Below are positions 53,435 through 62,292 of a DNA stretch of 64,000 bases, piece after piece. Position numbers and translations under genes: made by a program. A model generated the notes under the pieces. The model was not told the origin of the DNA. It ran no database searches and was given only the letters and a program-made list of their open reading frames with translations. How positions within the stretch are numbered: the first letter of the stretch is position 1; each line of letters begins with the position of its first letter. This DNA is from Mycoplasmatota bacterium (GTDB lineage Bacteria; Bacillota_I; Bacilli_A; MAG-NZ): assembly GCA_018394315.1 (NCBI GenBank), contig CP074575.1, positions 992,001-1,056,000 on the forward strand, read 5' to 3'.

Positions 53435-53641
53435 ATGAAAGTATCAAAGAAGATGTTAAATCATTACTTATGTTATTTACTTGATGTTGTATCACTATTG
53501 TTTACTGTATTAGGTATCTATTCTTTTGCAGAGTTAATGATAGCAGTAGGTTTATTGTGTTTAATAATAAGTTTTCTACTCCATAAGTACTTATGGGATC
53601 AGGATTATTATAAATATAAGTTCAGAGGAGAGAAGGAATGA
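53435..53641 (+). CDS. Small 2-TM protein
   Basis: GGGAGG RBS; two hydrophobic helices. Confidence 0.75.
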   Translation: MKVSKKMLNHYLCYLLDVVSLLFTVLGIYSFAELMIAVGLLCLIISFLLHKYLWDQDYYKYKFRGEKE

Positions 53642-53904
53642 AAGTGAAGTATGTAATTGAGACAAAGAAGATTACAACATGTAAAGATTGTTTCTTTAAC
53701 ACTATAGAGTTAGGACAGTTTGTAGATGTGCATAGTTGTGGTTTAAATGAATTTATTAATACTGAGTTTCACTCTGTAAAGTTAAACAAACCACCTCATT
53801 GTCCATTAGTAAGGTTTAACGATATTTCTACTGATGGAGTTATTGCAGTTCATGGTAGTGTGGATAATTGTGAGGAGGGCTATAGTGGTAAGGATTCCAA
53901 GTGA
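53638..53904 (+). CDS. Hypothetical Cys-containing phage-type protein
   Basis: CKDC...C...PPHCPL; ATGA coupling. Confidence 0.7.
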   Translation: MKVKYVIETKKITTCKDCFFNTIELGQFVDVHSCGLNEFINTEFHSVKLNKPPHCPLVRFNDISTDGVIAVHGSVDNCEEGYSGKDSK

Positions 53905-54211
53905 AAGTATAGTGAGTCAAGTGACTTCAACAGATGATAAATCAAATGTGTTGAGTGCATCTGATATAATATCAGGTTTAAAGGACTTGATAGATGATAG
54001 AAAAAGTTCCATTACAAATTATGAAGTTGAGAGCGATAACATCTACAAGTACGATATTGAAGTATTAAGTGATGCTATCAAAATAATAGAGAACTCACTT
54101 GTGATACAGTGTTTCTTAAGTGAGATTAAGGCTCTATTGAATGTAACTGGTGTTAACTCTAAGGGGCAAGCGATTAAACGTATAGAAAAGTTTTTAAAGA
54201 GATTTAATTAA
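53885..54211 (+). CDS. Hypothetical protein
   Basis: GAGGAGG RBS before GTG 53885; helical, charged sequence. Confidence 0.65.
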   Translation: MVRIPSESIVSQVTSTDDKSNVLSASDIISGLKDLIDDRKSSITNYEVESDNIYKYDIEVLSDAIKIIENSLVIQCFLSEIKALLNVTGVNSKGQAIKRIEKFLKRFN

Positions 54212-54260
54212 TTGATGATCTAGTTTTTAATATCTACATATTAAAATGGAGGATATTTAA

Positions 54261-55031
54261 ATGCTAGGAAAATATTGTTATAACAAAATATACAACGAAG
54301 ATAGTTATAAAGCTATTAAGCAGTTACCTGATAATTGTATAGATCTAATTGTTATAGATCCACCTTACAAGTTAAACGTGAACACTTGTGAGAATGGATT
54401 AAAAAGCTCTAACCCAGTTACTAGAGGTATGAGTCAAACACAACATGAACTAAAGAAAAAGAACTTGCATGTTGGAATAGATGATGAGCTACTTACTGAA
54501 ATGGTAAGAGTTATGAAAAAGATTAATATTTACATTTGGTGCAACAAGAGACAGCTAAAACAGTACTTCGATTTCTTTGAGAAGTATGAGTGTAATTTTG
54601 AATTGTTAGTGTGGTGTAAAACAAACCCAACACCAGCAACTAATAATACGTTTTTGCCTGATATAGAGTATTGTTTCTACTTTAGAGAAAAAGGAGTAAA
54701 GTTACGAGGCTCATATGACACAAAGCATAAATTTTATATTAGAAAGACAAACCAGGAAGAGAAGGCTTTGTACTTGCATCCGACTATTAAGCCACTGCAG
54801 TTCATAAAGAACTTCATTATTAATTCTAGTGATGTAGGGAATGTAGTAGCTGATTTCTTTATCGGAAGTGGAACTACAGCAGTAGCATCTAAAGAGTTAC
54901 ATCGTAATTATATTGGGTTTGAAATAGATCCTGAATATTATAAGATAGCTGTGGACCGTATTAATGGTATTACTGCAGGAGGTCAGACAAGTATATTTAC
55001 AGATTTTGAGCAAGAGGAAGTGATTCTGTGA
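54261..55031 (+). CDS. Orphan N6-adenine/N4-cytosine DNA methyltransferase (beta class)
   Basis: DLIVIDPPY, HPTIKP, DFFIGSGTT, GFEIDPEY. Confidence 0.93.
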   Translation: MLGKYCYNKIYNEDSYKAIKQLPDNCIDLIVIDPPYKLNVNTCENGLKSSNPVTRGMSQTQHELKKKNLHVGIDDELLTEMVRVMKKINIYIWCNKRQLKQYFDFFEKYECNFELLVWCKTNPTPATNNTFLPDIEYCFYFREKGVKLRGSYDTKHKFYIRKTNQEEKALYLHPTIKPLQFIKNFIINSSDVGNVVADFFIGSGTTAVASKELHRNYIGFEIDPEYYKIAVDRINGITAGGQTSIFTDFEQEEVIL

Positions 55032-55935
55032 ATGTAGGACTAATTGATGTTGAAATGAAAACACATAAATTTCCTAATTTAGCATTAATGAAAATAAGTT
55101 CCTATCATAAAGAACTGGGAGATAACGTTGAGTGGTATGACCCTCTTAAAGGGTCATCAGAAGAGTACGACATAGTTTATATGAGTAAGGTATTTGATGA
55201 GACCTACAGCTCTGATTATAAATATCCAGTATACGCAAAAAAAATTATCAAAGGTGGATATGGGTATGGTATTTACGACTTACCATTCGAGAACTATGAG
55301 AGTCAGTTTCCAGATTACTCACTTTATCATGATATCTATCCAAAATATAAATATACAGCATTTGGATATTTAACGCGAGGGTGTCCAAGAGATTGTGAGT
55401 TCTGTATGGTAAGTGATTACGAAGGACTTAAGAGTAGAGTTGTTTCTAATGTTGATAATTTCTATGAACCAGCTTTTCACAAAGAGATTAAGTTATTGGA
55501 TCCGAACTTGCTAGCTTGCAGAGATAATATTGAATTATTAACACAGTAACAAATACTAATGCGTTAATAGATATTACGCAAGGTTTTGATATAAGACTGT
55601 TAACGCAAGAACAGGCTAGTATAATCAATAAATTTAGAGTTACTGCATTACACTTCGCTTGGGACAACATGGACAATGTCACTGAGAAACTATTAGAAAT
55701 AAAGAGAGAGTGGCTTGTATTTGAAAGAAGAAAACTGAGGGTATATGTACTATGTAATTTTAACACCACGTTCAATGAAGATTTATATCGAGTTAACAAG
55801 CTCAGACAACTTGATTATGATCCTTATGTAATGATTTATGATAAACCTAGTTCGCCACACAATATTAAAAGATTAGCGAGATGGGTAAATAATAAATTCA
55901 TTTGGAACACAGTTAAGTCTTTCGAACAGTATTAG
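55028..55935 (+). pseudogene. Phage-type radical SAM protein with a 1-bp frameshift near 55547
   Basis: FPNLALMKISSYHK, RGCPRDCEFC (CxxxCxxC); restoring one T joins it to DITQGFDIRL...LHFAWD...DPYVMIYDK. Confidence 0.85.
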
Positions 55936-55949
55936 AAATACTTTGTGAG

Positions 55950-56147
55950 GTGATTCTATTGGAGTTATGTAAGGCTGACAATGGTAAGTACTTTAGAGGA
56001 ATTTATGAAGGTTGTTTTGAAGATATAGAGATTAGTGGAAAGATTAAAAAGGTTAATCCAAATAAAGTGACTGTGGAAGTACTCACAACAATAGATGGAT
56101 GGAATTATTCAACACTGATACTTAGTAAGTTTATACATGAAGTATAG
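55950..56147 (+). CDS. Hypothetical protein (frame stays open to 56252 after the TAG)
   Basis: GAGGTG RBS-like sequence; start uncertain. Confidence 0.55.
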   Translation: MILLELCKADNGKYFRGIYEGCFEDIEISGKIKKVNPNKVTVEVLTTIDGWNYSTLILSKFIHEV

Positions 56148-56282
56148 GACAAGCCATTAAGATGTATTGATGTTGAAGAAATAAAAGCAGCGATTGAGCA
56201 TCATCGAGAGCTAGATAGAAAGAAAAGAAGTGTCAATATAACTAGGTATTGAGTGTTAAATTTTGGATCGTGAGGTGATCGT

Positions 56283-56621
56283 ATGAGTTTTATACATAAA
56301 ACATTCAAAACTTACGATGAACTTCGTGAGGAACTTCAGTTCTTGGAACTGAGAAAGATAGTACTAGAGAGTCGAGGTACTAAGAAAGAATTGAAGATAT
56401 GCTTAAACCGAATTACTGAATTGAAGAGTATCATTGATGTTATTGAAAGTAGAATAGAGAAGTTCGCTGAAAACAATGATAGACGATATAAAGTGCTGTA
56501 TTTACGAATAGTAAAACGTAGAAGTAATCCTGAAATAGCAGATGATCTTGATTACAGTATAAGACATGTTAGAAGAATATGTAGCGACTTCAATAAAGAT
56601 TTCCTGCAAAGTAGTGCATAG
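56283..56621 (+). CDS. ArpU/RinA-like late transcription activator (sigma region 4-type HTH)
   Basis: Coiled-coil N-terminus, then YKVLYLRIVKRRSNPEIADDLDYSIRHVRRI. Confidence 0.75.
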   Translation: MSFIHKTFKTYDELREELQFLELRKIVLESRGTKKELKICLNRITELKSIIDVIESRIEKFAENNDRRYKVLYLRIVKRRSNPEIADDLDYSIRHVRRICSDFNKDFLQSSA

Positions 56622-56643
56622 ATAGTTAAAAGGGGGTGGAGCG

Positions 56644-57480
56644 ATGAGAAAAGTAAGTTATCATATCGAGGGTTCAGATCCTCAGGGAATAATTATGGAT
56701 TCAAATGTATCAGCAGCTGTAAAGCTATTCCATACAATAGTCCCCTGGATGCTCAATAAGGATTTAACTGAGATACAAGCGTCATCGCTCACATTTGCAG
56801 TAAGGTGTGGATTCGTAGATTCATCATTTCAAGAAGAGTATAATGCTGCTAGATCGGTAAATGAAATTAGTACCGAACTAAAATTGAAGAAAGATAGAAT
56901 TGATAGTAAAGTGAATAAGGTTATTGATACGCTTAAGAAACTAAGATTAATCAATACTAGACAAGTTCACAATAACTATAGAGGATCTAAAAGATATATA
57001 TCACTAAATAACTCAGAAGTACGCAAACTGCTGAGTAATTTTGACGATAACCTAACTGATTATGAAATTGATAATACTAGTTATGACATCAAAAATAATA
57101 GAGGAACAATTATTGTAATCAGGAAATTTGTTAGATACAGAATATTTTCTTTAGTCGAGGCGATTAAGAATCTTAAAGAAGATTTTAACAAGTATAGAGT
57201 AAGACAAATTAGAAACTTAAAGAAAAAAGGTTTGAGATTGATTGAGAAAGATAACGGAGACATAGTTGAGCTAATAGAAATTGAGTACAAGCGAAAACTT
57301 AACTCTAAGGAAAGGTTTATTATTGATAGGTGGAAATACTCCTACGATGATGTAAAATGGGCTGTATTGGAAACACTCAAGCGCAAGATCCATAAAGTCG
57401 AGTACCTGTATAAGATACTTGAGAACAATGAAAAACAGATTAAGAAGAATCACGAGTATTACAATCAATTTATGAGCTAA
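56644..57480 (+). CDS. Putative replication initiator (wHTH-like middle, DnaD-like C-terminus)
   Basis: SVNEISTELKL...IDTLKKLRLI; C-terminal RKLNSKERFIIDRW...YLYKILEN resembles DnaD-C; repeat array follows. Confidence 0.55.
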   Translation: MRKVSYHIEGSDPQGIIMDSNVSAAVKLFHTIVPWMLNKDLTEIQASSLTFAVRCGFVDSSFQEEYNAARSVNEISTELKLKKDRIDSKVNKVIDTLKKLRLINTRQVHNNYRGSKRYISLNNSEVRKLLSNFDDNLTDYEIDNTSYDIKNNRGTIIVIRKFVRYRIFSLVEAIKNLKEDFNKYRVRQIRNLKKKGLRLIEKDNGDIVELIEIEYKRKLNSKERFIIDRWKYSYDDVKWAVLETLKRKIHKVEYLYKILENNEKQIKKNHEYYNQFMS

Positions 57481-57533
57481 ATAATAAAGAGGATCCAACG
57501 GATTCTACTTTTCAATGTTAACTATATTATGAG

Positions 57534-57556
57534 ATGAGTAGAACTCATTTTTTTTT
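57534..57556 (+). terminator. Terminator of the early operon
   Basis: ATGAGT-AGA-ACTCAT followed by a T run. Confidence 0.7.
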
Positions 57557-57575
57557 GCATATACCTCTTAAGATA

Positions 57576-57659
57576 GGTAGGTTAAGTTGATACGGTAGGT
57601 AGGTTGAAAATGTAAGAAAGGTAGGTTGATACCTGGTTTTAGATATGAGATGGGTAGGT
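57576..57659. repeat. Helically phased GGTAGGT repeats (candidate origin iterons)
   Basis: Copies at 57576, 57594, 57598, 57620, 57653. Confidence 0.75.
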
Positions 57660-57768
57660 CAGTATAGTTATAATAGAGAACACTTAGAGAAAGTTAGTAA
57701 TCGATTTACGAGAACATCTTTACTTTTTTTAAATAATTTTTTTGTAAATATAATCATTTTCTTTTGAG

Positions 57769-57804
57769 ATGTCCTTTTTATGTCCTACCAACTTAGTGTA
57801 TATT
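57769..57804 (+). promoter_or_regulatory. Candidate activator-dependent late promoter
   Basis: ATGTCC-N5-ATGTCC over the -35 region; TATATT -10 at 57799. Confidence 0.55.
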
Positions 57805-57832
57805 GAACTAAATTTGATAAGGAAGTGGTTTT

Positions 57833-58147
57833 ATGAACGTGATTTTAAACGTTCCTGAACTTGATAATTTAACAGACTCAGCTCGTAGATTCTTCTGTGA
57901 CTTGGTATCAAGAGAATTTATCTTAACGGATAGAATAAAAGCCACGAATGGTCAGCTACTCGATGCGATTCCAACAGCAACATCGACTAGATCTATAAGT
58001 AGATGGTTGAAATTGATTAGAGAGGAAGGACTCATTGAAGTCAAAAAAATTAAAATTAGAGAAGACTATTTTAAGCGAGAGCTATCTTTATCAGAAAAAG
58101 GAAAGAGGGTCCAGGATTATATCATAGCAGGCTCTCAAATAAATTAG
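57833..58147 (+). CDS. Winged-HTH-like DNA-binding protein
   Basis: ATNGQLLDAI...STRSISRWLKLIREEGLIEV...LSEKG. Confidence 0.65.
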   Translation: MNVILNVPELDNLTDSARRFFCDLVSREFILTDRIKATNGQLLDAIPTATSTRSISRWLKLIREEGLIEVKKIKIREDYFKRELSLSEKGKRVQDYIIAGSQIN

Positions 58148-58157
58148 GAGGATTTGT

Positions 58158-59261
58158 ATGGCAGGAAAAAAAAACAATATTCCAGGTATCAATTTACCTT
58201 GGGAGTATGCAATATTTATTGCAATCATTGTAATAGTGATTGGTGCTATTCAATGGGGATGGTTCCAGTTTGGTGGAGTTCATGAGATTGATCGTGTAAA
58301 TCCAGTCGTACTATTAGATGTTGATTCAGAAGTCAGCACTGTTGAGAAAGAAGGTACATTTGATATAGAAGTTAAAGTAGACAATGGTGAGGATACGGAA
58401 ATTATTGCATTTATTATTAATGCTGTGGAGTATACTGAGTTCGTTCAGTCTTCAACCGAAGATGGACTATATACTATAAACGTTACAGCTGACGATCTAA
58501 TCGGAACAAAAGTGTACGAAGTACAGAAGATCAAGTACCAGGTGGACTCAGAAGATAAGACACTTAGTATTATCGAGGATGATTCTATTACATCAGCAGT
58601 AACAATGACACTTACTCATAATGAACCGAAATTCATGGGAGTAGCAGTTAATGAAAATGTAGCTGTAGGTACTGCAGCAGCTGTTGTAATCAGCTTTGAT
58701 GATGTTGAAGGTATATCTGAAGTCGTAATTGATGGTATTACTTATGATGAAGAGACTGACTTTGATGTAGTTGACAATGCAGAAGAAATTACTGTTAACA
58801 TTGCTGGTTTATCTGTAGGTGAACATGAGTATATCTTAGAGTCATATACGTTTGATACTGGAACTCAAAGTATAAAAGTTGAATTAACTTCGAGTAATAC
58901 AATGACGTTTGATGTTGTTAAAGCAGTACCTGAGCTATTATCAATAATACCAAGTGTTGACACATTTACAACTTCAGGAGTAGTAGAAGGGACTGCAGAT
59001 TACAACTTAGTAATTACATTTGATGAGGTTGATGATATCTTCAGTATTACAATTAGTGATACTAAGTATGTTTTATCTAGTAATAATGATGTTACAGTGA
59101 ATGCAGTATCTGATACTATTACGATTGCATTAAGTCAAACAGATGATACAGTTGGAACGTACTCGTTTGAGCTAGAAGAGTTTGAATTCTATAATTCACT
59201 TGAAATGATTATTGAGGCGTTAACTGAAGAAAACACGTATAGTATTTCAGTAACTGCATAG
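58158..59261 (+). CDS. N-terminally anchored acidic surface protein with about three beta-rich (Ig-like) repeats
   Basis: TM at aa about 16-38; repeats VKVDN..IIAFIINA, ISFDD..ISEVVIDG, ITFDE..IFSITISD. Confidence 0.75.
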   Translation: MAGKKNNIPGINLPWEYAIFIAIIVIVIGAIQWGWFQFGGVHEIDRVNPVVLLDVDSEVSTVEKEGTFDIEVKVDNGEDTEIIAFIINAVEYTEFVQSSTEDGLYTINVTADDLIGTKVYEVQKIKYQVDSEDKTLSIIEDDSITSAVTMTLTHNEPKFMGVAVNENVAVGTAAAVVISFDDVEGISEVVIDGITYDEETDFDVVDNAEEITVNIAGLSVGEHEYILESYTFDTGTQSIKVELTSSNTMTFDVVKAVPELLSIIPSVDTFTTSGVVEGTADYNLVITFDEVDDIFSITISDTKYVLSSNNDVTVNAVSDTITIALSQTDDTVGTYSFELEEFEFYNSLEMIIEALTEENTYSISVTA

Positions 59262-59278
59262 GAAAGTGGTGAATATAT

Positions 59279-59590
59279 ATGGAAGTAATTCTTAAATTAT
59301 TTGAAAATACAAGAGAATTCATTACTTCAATATATACAGTAGCACGATTAGGGACCGCATTTAGTTACTTCATGTGGGCCCTTCTTTTTATAATTGCTGT
59401 AATGTTGTTAGTAATTGTAATTCTTTTACTTAGAGGAGTAGCCTTTATATTTGAATTTATATTCGCATTACCTGACTTCTTTAGAGATAGTGACGGTGAT
59501 GGGATAAAAGATAGAAAAGATACTGATAAAAATGGTGATGGTATCCTTGATTGGATGCAACCTAAGAATATCTTTAAAAGAAGGAGGTAA
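59279..59590 (+). CDS. Membrane protein with C-terminal DxDxDG Ca-binding-like motifs
   Basis: Long hydrophobic segment, then DSDGDGIKDRKDTDKNGDGILD. Confidence 0.75.
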   Translation: MEVILKLFENTREFITSIYTVARLGTAFSYFMWALLFIIAVMLLVIVILLLRGVAFIFEFIFALPDFFRDSDGDGIKDRKDTDKNGDGILDWMQPKNIFKRRR

Positions 59591-59595
59591 TTTGA

Positions 59596-62292
59596 ATGAA
59601 GAAAGTTTTAAGTATATTTAGTTTATTTGTAGGTGGTTTAGTTGCTTTCACTTATAACAATCCATTAGCTGTGGATCATTCATATACACCTTCAGTAAGT
59701 GCAGCTGAAGTAACAGCTACAGATGCATCAACTTATAATCTAAATTATCCGTTTTATGTGAGACAAGCAAGCGATGATAATGGGACTACTACATACTCAC
59801 TAACAAACCTGATCCAGGACGAGAGTGAGTTAAGTACATTATCTAACACGTACTTTCATGATGAAGTAAATGGAGCTGATATTGAGAGTCACCCATTAAG
59901 TAAACATATTGCGACTAAAAGTGCTGATGCTTTTGAGTCAGGTGGTTTTGAAGGGCGAACAGGATCATACGCACAATTTAGATATATCGATTTCTATCAT
60001 ATAAGTCCTAGTACAAGTATAACAATCAGTGGGGATTATTATTGGACCAATGATTCAGGGACTGAATGGGAGAGTAGACATTACTGGCGTATTTATATAA
60101 GAATGTTTGATGAAAACTATAATTTTATAGCTGAAGAATACGCAAATAGTGCTGCAACTTTTACAACACCAGCTAATGCTGCTTACTTTAAGATGGAGTT
60201 CTCATTGCATAGATATTCAGGGGATGGTTCGCCTAAAGCAGACCAAAGGACTTTGACATATGCGATAAGCAAATATAACTATGTTTATGATAATGATACT
60301 TCATACACCTCAACAACGTATACACCAGCAACTATTAGTACATCTAATTATGTTGAGTACTCATATGACGATATTGACTACACTATTATGAGTGCAACGT
60401 CCGATACGATAGAGGAGTATTATTCATTTACTAATGTAACAACATTAGGTAGTCCTATTTCACTTACAGAGATTGCTTTTAGTGAAGAAACCATAACTGC
60501 AGTGGATCAAGAGTATTACATGTTACTTACATTAAATAATTCAGATGGATTACCTTTTGGTGATATAGTTGTGGATGGTACGTTAATAAGACATGAGACT
60601 GATATTGCATCAGGGTATGTAATAAATGATGAAAATACTGAGATAGCAATACCACTCACTAATACACTTACAGAAGACGGATCTATAACACATGCGATAG
60701 AAACGATTGAGGTATTTGATAATGGAACTTATGAAATATGGACCATTAATAATAATCATTCTATTTCAGTAGAGTTACCAATCCAACAAACAGCTAGTTA
60801 TGTTGACTCGTACATCGACAAAACTTCTGTAACGTTCGGTGAGGACTATAATCTTATAATTGAGCTTGATAACCCTGACGAATATTATACTGGTACCTTA
60901 GTGATCAACGGGATTGAGTACGAGGAAAACGCAGGATATACAGCTAGTCCTGGTTATTATTTAGTTACTGTTCCTTTAACAGCTCAGAGTGTTTATGGAG
61001 ACAATGTACACCATATAGACTCAATTGAGTTTATTGAACAAGTATCGCCATTCGATAGTTATGTAATCAATATCGATAAGTTGAAGTATGTTAGATCTGA
61101 TTTAACTTTTACCAACGATATTACCGTAACTGATATTGATGTACCAGGAACTTCTTACTTAGGGGATATTATCGAAGTAAACATTTCCTTAGATAACCCT
61201 GAACAATTACCAGTAAATTTTATTCAAATGAATGGGGATCAATATTCTGTATTTGAATCAAACGATACTAATACATTAATCACTATTGAATTATTAGTAG
61301 GAACTGAAGAAGGATCCTTTGACTACTTAATTGACTATATAAACTTTAGCAAAACATTTGGAGAGGATGTTTACAATTCTAGTAAAGTAATAGATTCGCC
61401 TTTTAGTTATACAGTTAATAATCCGATAGATCTAGCTGGAGTTAGAGTTAAGAACTTTAGAAGTGCCGAGTTGAAAGCCACAGTTGATAGTCCAGTAGAT
61501 CTAGTAGTAACACTCGATAATCCAAATGCTTATGAGATACACTCGATAATTATCAATGGAGTAAGTTATAAAGATTTCACTCATGACGATAACTACACAG
61601 TGATGACAATTCCATTTATTGCAGCAGATGAAATAGGAGACATGTATATATCACTAGATGGAGTAAGATTTGAACACTTTAATAATATTCAAACATTCAA
61701 CTCGTTCTTGATTGATGATATCGCTATTGTTCTTCCAGTACAGACATATGAATTCACTAAAGAAGTAGAAGTGAAATCAGTCAGCCTAGATACAGAGAAT
61801 GTATATGTTGGGGATAAAACTAATTTACTATTAACACTTGATAATCCTAACAATTACGAGATTACAGCTTTATCAATAAATGGTAGAGAATATTCAGCTA
61901 GTGAGTTTGATATGAACGAAGATTACACTTCAGTAACTATCCCAACAAGTGTCGGAAATGTATCAAGTATTATATTTAACCTGGACTCGATTACATTCAA
62001 GAGATTTACTGAACTAGGAACTAGAATATTTGAGTCGATAACGGAGTTTGTTGTAGGTTCAGAATATGAAAAACAAATTGCGCTTACAAACAATGTATGG
62101 TGGGCAGTGTTCTTGTATTCAACATTAGCACCAAGAGTAGATTGGTTACTTATGAGTGATGCAGGCCACATATGGATGTTATCTGTATTTGCTGTCATAT
62201 TACTATCATTCTTAATATATTTAATTGCTAGAAAGAAGAAAGAAAAAATTAATAATACTAAAGTCATAAAGGGTAAGAGGGTGAGAAAATGA
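59596..62292 (+). CDS. 898-aa type I membrane protein: signal peptide, N-terminal head, five 108-111-aa repeats, C-terminal TM and basic tail (spike/adhesin-like)
   Basis: LDNP motifs at 60868, 61192, 61516, 61840; C-terminal WMLSVFAVILLSFLIYLIA-RKKKEK. Confidence 0.8.
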   Translation: MKKVLSIFSLFVGGLVAFTYNNPLAVDHSYTPSVSAAEVTATDASTYNLNYPFYVRQASDDNGTTTYSLTNLIQDESELSTLSNTYFHDEVNGADIESHPLSKHIATKSADAFESGGFEGRTGSYAQFRYIDFYHISPSTSITISGDYYWTNDSGTEWESRHYWRIYIRMFDENYNFIAEEYANSAATFTTPANAAYFKMEFSLHRYSGDGSPKADQRTLTYAISKYNYVYDNDTSYTSTTYTPATISTSNYVEYSYDDIDYTIMSATSDTIEEYYSFTNVTTLGSPISLTEIAFSEETITAVDQEYYMLLTLNNSDGLPFGDIVVDGTLIRHETDIASGYVINDENTEIAIPLTNTLTEDGSITHAIETIEVFDNGTYEIWTINNNHSISVELPIQQTASYVDSYIDKTSVTFGEDYNLIIELDNPDEYYTGTLVINGIEYEENAGYTASPGYYLVTVPLTAQSVYGDNVHHIDSIEFIEQVSPFDSYVINIDKLKYVRSDLTFTNDITVTDIDVPGTSYLGDIIEVNISLDNPEQLPVNFIQMNGDQYSVFESNDTNTLITIELLVGTEEGSFDYLIDYINFSKTFGEDVYNSSKVIDSPFSYTVNNPIDLAGVRVKNFRSAELKATVDSPVDLVVTLDNPNAYEIHSIIINGVSYKDFTHDDNYTVMTIPFIAADEIGDMYISLDGVRFEHFNNIQTFNSFLIDDIAIVLPVQTYEFTKEVEVKSVSLDTENVYVGDKTNLLLTLDNPNNYEITALSINGREYSASEFDMNEDYTSVTIPTSVGNVSSIIFNLDSITFKRFTELGTRIFESITEFVVGSEYEKQIALTNNVWWAVFLYSTLAPRVDWLLMSDAGHIWMLSVFAVILLSFLIYLIARKKKEKINNTKVIKGKRVRK

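Noticed and set aside
54261..55031. Restriction-modification defence system
   Set aside because: No adjacent endonuclease recognisable; context fits an orphan phage methylase.
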